The notes under the pieces are model-generated. The model worked only from the letters and a program-made list of their open reading frames with translations. It made no database searches and was not told the DNA's origin. A stretch of DNA of 64,000 nucleotides from Nitrospinales bacterium (lineage in GTDB: Bacteria > Nitrospinota > Nitrospinia > Nitrospinales > VA-1): NCBI GenBank assembly GCA_965223345.1, contig CBDCWG010000012.1, positions 1,280,001-1,344,000 on the forward strand, given 5' to 3'. Positions within the stretch are counted from its first letter, which is position 1. Each line of letters starts with the position of its first letter. Of this stretch, positions 10,130-18,537 are shown piece by piece. The translations under genes were made by a program, and so were the position numbers.

Positions 10130-10651
10130 ATGGACGACAAGAGCAAACCCAAATGCGTGAACATCGCGGTTCTGACCGTTTCGGACACGCGCACGGAAGC
10201 GGACGACAAATCGGGAAAGACCCTGGTGGACCGCATCGAGGCGGCCGGACACAAGGTCGCGGAAAAACGCATCGTGAAGGATGAAATCATCACGCTGCAG
10301 GAGACGCTGGAGGAATGGATCAAGCGGGAGGACGTGGATGTGGTGATCGCCACGGGCGGCACCGGGGTCACCGGCCGCGACGTGACGCCGGAAGCGTTCG
10401 AGTCGCTGTACGACAAGCCGATTCCGGGGTTCGGCGAACTGTTCCGCATGCTGAGCTATGAGAGCATCAAGACCTCGACGATGCAGTCGCGCGCCACGGC
10501 GGGGGTCGCCGGCGGTACGTTCCTGTTCGCGCTGCCGGGATCGACGGGCGCCTGCAAGGACGCGTGGGATCAGATTCTGGTGCACCAGCTCAACAGCAAC
10601 AACCCGCCCTGCAATCTGGTGGAGCTGATGCCCCGCCTGATGGAGAAGTGA
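10130..10651 (+). CDS. moaB: Molybdenum cofactor biosynthesis protein B
   Basis: IAVLTVSDTRT, TGGTGVTGRDVTPEA, PGFGELFR, LPGSTGAC, PCNLVELMPRL. Confidence 0.95.
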   Translation: MDDKSKPKCVNIAVLTVSDTRTEADDKSGKTLVDRIEAAGHKVAEKRIVKDEIITLQETLEEWIKREDVDVVIATGGTGVTGRDVTPEAFESLYDKPIPGFGELFRMLSYESIKTSTMQSRATAGVAGGTFLFALPGSTGACKDAWDQILVHQLNSNNPPCNLVELMPRLMEK

Positions 10652-10735
10652 CTGGGCCACGCCCAGCGGGAGTAGGTCCGACTTCAACTGCCTGCTGTTG
10701 GTTTTAAGGCATACGACGCAAATTTCTATGCTGGC

Positions 10736-11611
10736 TCAGGGCAGCGCCACTTTGCTGAGGGAAAAGGGGATCACTTTCAGCGATTCCGGCGTCGCGAGAT
10801 AAACGACGAGCTGCATGTCCGCGGCGGGCGGTTCCTTGAATCCGTAGCTTCTGAATTCGCCGCCGGTGGAGCTGTACACCGGCTTGATGCGATTGCCGTC
10901 CGCATCGAGGAACTCGAAAGCCACCAGGCGTTTTTTCGGATCGTGCACGAGAAAGTGCAGGCTGTTCTTTTCATCCGGCATCATTCCCGCGAACATCCCC
11001 TCGAACATCTTGCCGAACGCTTCGCCCAGCTGCTCGCCGAACTGGTCCATGCTGTTTTTTTGGGCCATTTCCATTTCCCGCTTTTTCTGCTCCTGGTACA
11101 GCTCCTTGGTGGTGAAGCTCACCTGCACGCGGCTGTGGGATAAGGCGGGGTGGGAGAGGGGCTTGCCGGGCTTTGCCATGAACCCTTTGATCGTGGCCTG
11201 GCTGCCGTTTTTCGGGTCGGGCTGAAACAGCTCCATCTCGCCTTTCAAAAACTGCAAATACTTCGCGTCGCGCGCCGGGTTTTTGATGGAAACTTTGCGG
11301 GCCAGTTTGTGGTCGCGTTCCTCGTTGAACTGAAAGTGGGACTGTTTGGAAGTCTGATTGAGAATCCGTCCTTTGTCGTCGGCGGCGTAGTTGATGCGGA
11401 CATCGCGGATGCCCAAAGACTGCGACACTTCTGGTCCCATGACGATGAGCTCCAGCTCGCATTTGGCGAAAAAGTCCTTGGTGGATCGCTGGTCGGAGAC
11501 CTCGCTGACCAGCACCCGGGCTTCCGCCGCAAAACCCGTCTGTACCGCCGTCACGCTGAATAAAAGCGCGATCGCCGCGCCCGCCTGCCATCCTCTGTGA
11601 ATTCGCAACAT
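10736..11611 (-). CDS. Exported hypothetical protein
   Basis: ATG 11611 after GGAGG RBS; signal-peptide-like N-terminus; the 5' part of the 574-aa track ORF is just antisense of rluD. Confidence 0.75.
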   Translation of the reverse strand: MLRIHRGWQAGAAIALLFSVTAVQTGFAAEARVLVSEVSDQRSTKDFFAKCELELIVMGPEVSQSLGIRDVRINYAADDKGRILNQTSKQSHFQFNEERDHKLARKVSIKNPARDAKYLQFLKGEMELFQPDPKNGSQATIKGFMAKPGKPLSHPALSHSRVQVSFTTKELYQEQKKREMEMAQKNSMDQFGEQLGEAFGKMFEGMFAGMMPDEKNSLHFLVHDPKKRLVAFEFLDADGNRIKPVYSSTGGEFRSYGFKEPPAADMQLVVYLATPESLKVIPFSLSKVALP

Positions 11612-11725
11612 CGCCTCCTCCTGAAAAATCAGGGCCCCGGCCCTGGTATCGGCTGTCGTTTTCGCCCGAATGTGTATAATGACAGGGTAACGGAAACGCT
11701 GGGAATATGCGAGTAAATCCTTATT

Positions 11726-12664
11726 ATGCAATACTTTAGGTATGTTGTGCCGGGGGCGGGAAAACAGCGCCGCCTGGACCATTATCTTGCGGAAATTCAA
11801 GCGGATTTCAGCCGTTCGCGGGTGCAGAAGCTGATCCAGGAGGGGCGGGTCTCGGTGAACGGCGCGGCCGCGAAGCCCAAATACCGGGTGCAGACCGGCG
11901 ACGTGGTCGAGCTTGCGGTGCCGCCGGCCGCACCGCTGGACCTGCCGGCGCAATCGATCCCGCTCAACATCGTGTACGAGGATGCGGGGCTGATCGTGGT
12001 GGACAAGCCGGTGGGCATGGTGGTCCATCCGGCGCCGGGGCACGCCGAGGGCACGCTGGTGAACGCGCTTTTGCACCACTGCGGCGACCTCAAGGGCATC
12101 GGCGGCGTCGAACGGCCGGGCATCGTGCACCGTCTCGATAAGGACACCTCCGGGCTGGTGCTGGCGGCGAAGACCGAGGCCGTGCACCGCTCGCTGACGG
12201 AGCAGTTCAAGGATCGCAGCGTCGAGAAGGTCTACCTCGCGCTGGTGCGCGGCGTTGTGGGGCCGGACCGGGGGGTGATCGATGCGCCGATCGGCCGGCA
12301 TCCGGTGCAGCGCAAGAAGATGGCGGTGCGGGAGGGCGGCCGCGAGGCGGTCACGCGCTATGCGGTGATCGCGCGCGGGGAGGGCTGTTCCTACGTGCGG
12401 TTGCATCCCAAAACCGGCCGCACGCACCAGATCCGGGTGCACCTCGCCTCGCTCGGGCATCCCATTCTCGGCGACAAACTGTATGGCGGCAAAACCGCAT
12501 CCCCCTCCCTGAAACTATCCCGGCAGGCGCTGCACGCTCACCGGCTCACCATCCTCAATCCCAGCACGCAAAATCGTCAGGAATTTGAATCGCCTCTGCC
12601 CGAAGACATGGCCGCCTTTGTGAATAACTTTGGAGTTTCTGGGGATAAAAATCCGGCAACGTGA
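11726..12664 (+). CDS. rluD: RluA/RluD-family pseudouridine synthase with S4 domain
   Basis: RLDHYL, VDKPVGMVVHPAPGH, GIVHRLDKDTSG, TGRTHQIRVH, RQALHA. Confidence 0.92.
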   Translation: MQYFRYVVPGAGKQRRLDHYLAEIQADFSRSRVQKLIQEGRVSVNGAAAKPKYRVQTGDVVELAVPPAAPLDLPAQSIPLNIVYEDAGLIVVDKPVGMVVHPAPGHAEGTLVNALLHHCGDLKGIGGVERPGIVHRLDKDTSGLVLAAKTEAVHRSLTEQFKDRSVEKVYLALVRGVVGPDRGVIDAPIGRHPVQRKKMAVREGGREAVTRYAVIARGEGCSYVRLHPKTGRTHQIRVHLASLGHPILGDKLYGGKTASPSLKLSRQALHAHRLTILNPSTQNRQEFESPLPEDMAAFVNNFGVSGDKNPAT

Positions 12665-12675
12665 TCTAAGTCACG
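12660..12675. promoter_or_regulatory. CRP/FNR-family-like palindrome
   Basis: CGTGA-TCTAAG-TCACG. Confidence 0.4.
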
Positions 12676-12729
12676 ATATCGCTGAACCGAACTCCGGCTT
12701 ATTTTTCTACGGATTTACGCCGATGACGG

Positions 12730-13445
12730 TTTTTCCCAGCCTGTGGATAACTTGTGCAAATCCTCCCGATCCGGGGTCGTGGAGGGGGAGCTGTGAAACA
12801 TTCTTTTTCACGGCCGCCGCGAATGGAATCGGGAAACGCGTTTAAAAATATAAGTTTTAAAAAAAAGCGCAAAAATCCGCCGCCCAGCCGAGGAAAAATT
12901 CTTGACAGGATTTAGTTTTCCACACCTGAAAGCGCCGGGCGGCCGAACCGTCTCTGAGAGCGGTTTGAGGCCCGTTTCGGGGCATCAAAAAATTGGCATC
13001 CGGCCGCTTGCCTGTGCTATGGCGGCTGCGCAGCATTTCTATCCACAATTCAAATCACATGGGCCGGTTATCCGCACGAAATGTGATGTGAATCACAATC
13101 AAAATTTTGACGCCCGAAAACCCGTGATGCGGTGCGGGGATGATGGATTTTGATTTTTCGACCCGATTTTTCCTTTTTCCTGTCGCGGTTTTGCCGATGA
13201 ATACTCGTGAGGGCCCCAAGAGGAAAGGGGGAAACGGACCGGGAGGCGGCAGCCCCTTTCCCGACGCCTTCATCCATCACGCTGATTTTTAATAGCTTTT
13301 TTCCACAATCGTTGTGAGCAGGTTGTGGAAAAATCTTTGGAAAACAGTTTTAGATTAAATAAAGTCAGTGTCTTAGCTTAACTTGATTAGAAACTGTGCA
13401 GGTTGGGTAACTGTTTGAAAATTAAAATATTTTAATTTTGCGGTG
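12730..13445. other. Candidate chromosomal replication origin (DnaA-box cluster plus AT-rich tract)
   Basis: TGTGGATAA 12742, TGTGAAACA 12792, TTTTCCACA 12916, CTATCCACA 13039, TTATCCGCA 13068, TTTTCCACA 13299, TGTGGAAAA 13324; AT-rich 13330-13440; no credible ORF. Confidence 0.72.
13079..13100. promoter_or_regulatory. CRP-family binding site
   Basis: AAATGTGATGTGAATCACAATC, perfect TGTGA-N6-TCACA core. Confidence 0.55.
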
Positions 13446-13680
13446 TGACCGGGCTCCGGTTTTCGCTCTTAACGTGCCTGTGATGCTCTTTTGAAAAAAA
13501 TTTTCGAGCTTTTTTTACAGTGCGATCCGTCATCGGGATGCAAAGAAACCCGAAAACAGGGCGAAGGGTGACGGAACGGGGATTTTATCGGCGGGCGGAT
13601 CGATAAAACGCTTTGTATAACAATGGGTTGCCCGGAAATGGCGGGAACGCGCCGATTTTTTTCTGCTAAAATAAATTCCG

Positions 13681-14781
13681 ATGATCGACCGTAAATGGAC
13701 AAGCAATTTCAGCTGGTGGTTGTTGGCCGTCGTTTTGGGCGTGTCGATTCTCGGCGTGGTGATCATCTACAGCGCGAATCACGGCCGCCCGGAAGCGTTT
13801 TTCCGCGAGCTCTACATCAAGCAGATCTACTGGATTCTGTACGGCCTGGTTCTGATGTTTTTGGCCATCGTGATCGACTACCGCTATTTCAGCCGCTACG
13901 CCTACCTCATCTACGGGCTGACGGTGCTGGCGCTCGTCTATGTGCTGTTTTACGGAACCATCAGCTCCGGTGCGCGGCGCTGGATCACGCTGGGGTCGGT
14001 GAGCATCCAGGTTTCGGAGTTTGCGAAGATCGCTCTGGTCATCGGGCTCGCCAAGTATTTCGAAACGGGAAAACTGCAGGGGCAGTTTCAGTTCAAAAAC
14101 CTGATCGTGCCCGCGTTGCTGACCGCCGTCATCGGGATCCTGATCGGCAGCCAGCCGGATCTCGGCACGGCCATCATGACGTTTCTGATCTTCCTGGTGT
14201 TCGTCACCGCGATCGAGTTCGACTACCGCACTCTGTTCAAGCTGTTCGGAGCCGGGCTGGTCATGGCGCCGTTGACCTGGTTCATCCTCAAGGACTATCA
14301 GAAATCGCGCCTGCTCACGCTGTTCAATCCCGACATGGACCCCCTGGGTGCGGGCTACCACACGATCCAGTCGAAGATCGCCATCGGTTCGGGCGGCTTC
14401 TGGGGCAAGGGATTTTTCGCCGGCACCCAGAGCCGGTTGAACTTCCTGCCGGAAAAGCACACCGATTTCATTTTTTCCGTGTTCGCGGAGGAAGCGGGGT
14501 TTTTCGGTGTGGTCATCCTGTTGTCGCTGTACCTCGTCATCATCCTGAAGGGGCTCAACATCGCTTTCCGCGCCGCCGACCGCTTCGGCCTGTTTCTGGC
14601 GCTCGGCATCGTGAGCTTTTTCTCCTTCTACATCATCTTCAATATCGGCATGACCATCGGTCTGTTCCCGGTCACCGGGCTTCCCCTGCCGCTCATGAGT
14701 TACGGAGGCTCCTCGCTGATCACCAATTTCATCGCCATCGGCCTGCTGCTCAATATCGAGATGCGGCGCACCCTCGCCTGA
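13681..14781 (+). CDS. rodA: Rod shape-determining protein RodA (SEDS family)
   Basis: GARRWI, IQVSEFAK, QPDLGTA, GAGYHTIQSKIAIGSGG, FLPEKHTDFIF, PLMSYGGSS. Confidence 0.95.
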   Translation: MIDRKWTSNFSWWLLAVVLGVSILGVVIIYSANHGRPEAFFRELYIKQIYWILYGLVLMFLAIVIDYRYFSRYAYLIYGLTVLALVYVLFYGTISSGARRWITLGSVSIQVSEFAKIALVIGLAKYFETGKLQGQFQFKNLIVPALLTAVIGILIGSQPDLGTAIMTFLIFLVFVTAIEFDYRTLFKLFGAGLVMAPLTWFILKDYQKSRLLTLFNPDMDPLGAGYHTIQSKIAIGSGGFWGKGFFAGTQSRLNFLPEKHTDFIFSVFAEEAGFFGVVILLSLYLVIILKGLNIAFRAADRFGLFLALGIVSFFSFYIIFNIGMTIGLFPVTGLPLPLMSYGGSSLITNFIAIGLLLNIEMRRTLA

Positions 14782-14817
14782 CGGCGAAGCGCCGCCCCCG
14801 GTTCCGCTTTCAAGGTT

Positions 14818-14847
14818 TTGCCCACTTCCCGAAATACATGGTATAAT
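14818..14847 (+). promoter_or_regulatory. Sigma70-type promoter for rng
   Basis: TTGCCC-N18-TATAAT with extended -10 TG. Confidence 0.5.
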
Positions 14848-14986
14848 TTTCCCTCAAACCACATCCCCCTATGTCGTTTGAAATCTTCGCAGGAGGGAAA
14901 AGGCGGGACCGCTTTATCTCCCTGCGGATTCGTGGATCCGGCCCCCCGGCGGGCGGGCCTTTTGTCGATCGTGGAAGCAACAGCAG

Positions 14987-16519
14987 ATGACCTCTGAGAT
15001 CCTCATCAATTCCAATCCGAGGGAAATCCGCGTCGCCCTGGTGGAAAACAATCAGTTGGCGGAGCTGTTCATCGAGCACAAGGCGAACAAGGGCATCGTC
15101 GGCAACATCTACAAAGGCAAGGTGACCAAGATCCTGCCGGGGATGCAGGTGGCCTTCGTGGATATCGGCCTGGAGAAAGCGGGCTTTCTGTATGTCGGGG
15201 ACATCGACGTGCTCGACATGCTCGACCTGGAGGACAACGACGGCAACGGCATCCCGCTCAAGGACGAGCCGATCGACGAAGGGGACGACCCGGAAAGCCG
15301 GGAGAACGGCCACGAGATTCCGATTCAGGACCTGTTGACCGAAGGCCAGGAGATCATGATCCAGGTGGCGAAAAACCCCCTGGGGACCAAGGGGCCGCGC
15401 ATCACCACCTTCATCAGTCTGCCGGGGCGCTACCTGGTCTACATGCCTACGGTCAACCACATCAACGTTTCCCGGCGCATCGAGGACGAGGTCGAAAAGG
15501 AACGGCTCAAGGAGCTGGTGGGGGAGATCGGCAAGGAAGGCGAAGGCTACATCGTGCGCACGGCCGGTCAGGGCTGCCAGAAGGAGGATTTCGAATCGGA
15601 CCTCAATTTCCTGCACCGGCTCTGGGACAAACTGAAGAAAAAATCCGAAAACGCCGTTCCCAGCCGGCTTTTGTATGAGGATCTCAACCTCATTTTCCGT
15701 TCCATCCGCGACCTGTTCACCAAGGACGTGCAGCGGCTGGTGATCGACTCGAAGGAAGATTACGATCAGTGCATCGAGTTCTGTTCCAACTTCCTGCCGC
15801 ATCTCGTCGATAAGATCGAACTGCACGACGCCCAGATTCCCATCTTCGACCACCACGGTATCGAGATCGACATCAACCGCGCGCTGGACCGCAAGGTGTG
15901 GCTGAAATCCGGCGGTTACATCTCCATCGACCAGACCGAAGCGCTGGTGGCCATCGATGTGAACACGGGAAAGTTCGTCGGCCACAGCGATCCGGAGGAG
16001 ACCATCCTCAAAACCAACCTGGAAGCGGTGAAGGAGATCGTCTACCAGCTGCGGCTGCGCAACATCGGCGGCATCATCATCGTCGATTTCATCGACATGG
16101 CGCGCGAGGAAAGCAAGGAGATCGTGTGGAACGCGCTGAGCCAGGCGCTCAAGGGCGACCGCTCGCGCACGAAAATCCTCAAGATTTCCGAGCTGGGCCT
16201 GGCCGAGATGACGCGCAAGCGCGTGCGCGAAAGCCTGGTGCAGACACTGTGCGATCCCTGTTCCTATTGCGAGGGCAAGGGCTACATCAAATCCACCGTC
16301 ACCGTGTGCTACGAGATCATCCGCGAGATCCAGCGCCTGGTGGCCAACGACCCCAACCCGAAGACCATCAAAGTGGAAGTGCACCCCGCCATCCACGATC
16401 TGATGTACGAAGAGGAAACCTCCTTTGTGGAAGAGGTCGAGGAAAAATACGACATCAAGCTGGTCTTCGAGATCAACCCCAAGCGGCATCAGGAAAACTA
16501 CCACATCGAGGTGCTTTAG
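14987..16519 (+). CDS. rng: Ribonuclease G (Rne/Rng family)
   Basis: GNIYKGKV, AFVDIG, IDVNTG, QLRLRNIGGIIIVDFIDM, EMTRKR, CSYCEGKG; no long C-terminal extension. Confidence 0.93.
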   Translation: MTSEILINSNPREIRVALVENNQLAELFIEHKANKGIVGNIYKGKVTKILPGMQVAFVDIGLEKAGFLYVGDIDVLDMLDLEDNDGNGIPLKDEPIDEGDDPESRENGHEIPIQDLLTEGQEIMIQVAKNPLGTKGPRITTFISLPGRYLVYMPTVNHINVSRRIEDEVEKERLKELVGEIGKEGEGYIVRTAGQGCQKEDFESDLNFLHRLWDKLKKKSENAVPSRLLYEDLNLIFRSIRDLFTKDVQRLVIDSKEDYDQCIEFCSNFLPHLVDKIELHDAQIPIFDHHGIEIDINRALDRKVWLKSGGYISIDQTEALVAIDVNTGKFVGHSDPEETILKTNLEAVKEIVYQLRLRNIGGIIIVDFIDMAREESKEIVWNALSQALKGDRSRTKILKISELGLAEMTRKRVRESLVQTLCDPCSYCEGKGYIKSTVTVCYEIIREIQRLVANDPNPKTIKVEVHPAIHDLMYEEETSFVEEVEEKYDIKLVFEINPKRHQENYHIEVL

Positions 16520-16774
16520 CAGCCCCCCGCCGGCCTGCGAAATCCCGCCGTACCGGCTTTGCGCCCGCGGGCCCGGATAAGCCTTTGCATCTCCCTTTCC
16601 CCGTGTTAAGATTCATTTTTTCAAAGGTGACGGTTGTTTGTGCGCGCCGTCTGCGCGTGCTCTTCTTGAAGGTTGTGCGGGGCCGAAGCCGGCCTTGAAT
16701 GATCGCTGTGATCGGGAGGACGTTTCCGTTGCGTTGCCAGCGCATGAGGACGTTCCCGGGAAAGGGAGAAAACG

Positions 16775-17092
16775 ATGAAAGCCAAGTGTTTCGGGTTTGC
16801 CGGTCTGCTGTTGGGATTTCTCATGATTTCAGGTTGCGGGAGCACCGGAAAAGAGTTCGACGAGACTCTGATCGACAACATCGTGAACGGCACCACCACC
16901 CAGGATCAGGTGGAGGAGATGTTCGGTCCTCCCTTCAAGAAGGGGATTCAGAACGGCAGAACCATCTGGGTCTACGAATACAACGAATACAACGCCATCG
17001 GCGACGACCAGTCCAAGGACATGGTGGTCGTGTTCGAGGACACGGGCGTGGTGCGGTCGCACCAGTTCATGACCGACAAAGGCAGCCCCTGA
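16775..17092 (+). CDS. Lipoprotein, SmpA/OmlA (BamE-like) domain
   Basis: Lipobox ISGC; GTTTQDQVEEMFGPP...WVY. Confidence 0.75.
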   Translation: MKAKCFGFAGLLLGFLMISGCGSTGKEFDETLIDNIVNGTTTQDQVEEMFGPPFKKGIQNGRTIWVYEYNEYNAIGDDQSKDMVVVFEDTGVVRSHQFMTDKGSP

Positions 17093-17120
17093 TCTTCCCC
17101 TCCCAATGAATACATCCTGA

Positions 17121-18524
17121 ATGTTCGGTTTCAGCCGCAAGCAGCAAAGCGTCCTGCATTTGACGTGGGTCGCTTTTTTTTTGACCTTCATGGCCTGGTT
17201 CAACATGGCGCCGTTCAACACCACGATCATGCGGCAGATCGGTCTCACGGCGCAGCAGATCGATATTTTAATGATCGCCAACGTGGTGCTGACGATTCCC
17301 GCGCGCATCGTCATCGGCTCCCTGGCCGACCGCTACGGTCCGCGCAGCGTGTTCTGCGGGCTGCTGTTTTTTGCTTTCGGCGTGTGTCTCTACTTTTCCC
17401 TGGCGCAGAGCTTCAACGACTTTCTGGTTTCCCGGCTTCTGATGGGCATCGTCGGCGGCGGGTTCGTCGTGGGGATCAAGATGATCGGCGAATGGTTTCC
17501 GCCGGAAAAGATGGGCACGGCCCAGGGCCTCTATGCGGGCTGGGGCAATTTCGGCGCAGCCGCGGCGGCGTTTTCGCTGCCGCCGCTTGCGGTGTTGTTC
17601 CCGGAGGAAACCGGCTGGCGCGTGGCTTCGGGGGGCACCGGGCTGTTGTGCCTGATCTGGGCCGCGGTTTATTTCAAATTCGCGCACGAAAAGCACAACG
17701 GCGGCTCGGACACGCCGTTCAGCCTGCTGCACTCCATCGAGGTCACCTCCCGCAAGGACGTGTTCCTGCAGATCCTGCTGATGATTCCGCTGTACGGTGC
17801 GGTGCTGACGATCCTGTGGAAACTCTCGGGCAACCCGCTGCCGCTGCTTCCCGGCACGGTTGCGTTTTCCCTGCTGGCTTTGGTGGGCCTGCTTTTTATT
17901 CTGGGCGTTGCGGAATGCATCCGTAACAACAGATCGGTGTTTCGGGGAGAACCCGCATCCGCGCCGTATGCGTTCCAGCAGATTTTCATCCTCAGCCTGG
18001 TGTACGCGCTCACGTTTGGGTCGGCGCTTGCGGTGATCTCGATGTTTCCGGAATTTCTGCAATCGACTTTTTCGTTGTCGGTGACCGCCGCAGGGATCAT
18101 CGGTTCCAGTTTCGCTTTCATGAACCTGGTGGGCCGTCCTGGCGGGGGTTGGCTTTCCGACCGGTTCGGACGCCGGCGGACGCTGGTTTTCCTGGTCGTG
18201 GGAGCTCTGGTCTGTTATTTCCTGATGGGGCGTATCTCGGTGTCCTGGCCGCTCGCATGGGTGGTTTGCCTGTCTATCATCTGTTCCTTGTTTCTGCAGG
18301 CGGGAAGCGGCGCCTGTTTCGCGGTGGTGCCGCTGATCCGCCGCGACCTCACCGGAAAAATGGCGGGCCTGGCGGGCGCCTACGGCAATGTGGGGGCGGT
18401 GTTTTTTCTCACCTGCCTGAGTCTGATGAGCGCGCAGCAGTTTTTCCAGGTTATCGGCATGTACGCGCTGTTGGTTCTGGTCGCGCTGGCCTTTCTCAAG
18501 CCGTTCCACAACGGTGCGCGGTGA
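17121..18524 (+). CDS. NarK-family nitrate/nitrite MFS transporter
   Basis: LHLTWVAFFLTF, TIPARIVIG, AQGLYAGWGNFG, GRPGGGWLSDRFG, GAYGNVG. Confidence 0.9.
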   Translation: MFGFSRKQQSVLHLTWVAFFLTFMAWFNMAPFNTTIMRQIGLTAQQIDILMIANVVLTIPARIVIGSLADRYGPRSVFCGLLFFAFGVCLYFSLAQSFNDFLVSRLLMGIVGGGFVVGIKMIGEWFPPEKMGTAQGLYAGWGNFGAAAAAFSLPPLAVLFPEETGWRVASGGTGLLCLIWAAVYFKFAHEKHNGGSDTPFSLLHSIEVTSRKDVFLQILLMIPLYGAVLTILWKLSGNPLPLLPGTVAFSLLALVGLLFILGVAECIRNNRSVFRGEPASAPYAFQQIFILSLVYALTFGSALAVISMFPEFLQSTFSLSVTAAGIIGSSFAFMNLVGRPGGGWLSDRFGRRRTLVFLVVGALVCYFLMGRISVSWPLAWVVCLSIICSLFLQAGSGACFAVVPLIRRDLTGKMAGLAGAYGNVGAVFFLTCLSLMSAQQFFQVIGMYALLVLVALAFLKPFHNGAR

Positions 18525-18537
18525 CGGGCAACTGGCT

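Noticed and set aside
10736..12460. 574-aa minus-strand ORF as a single protein
   Set aside because: Its 5' half is antisense to rluD; a clear RBS and ATG at 11611 give a 291-aa exported protein
12630..13766. Short ORFs in the rluD-rodA gap
   Set aside because: Atypical composition, no RBS or motifs, and they overlap the DnaA-box cluster
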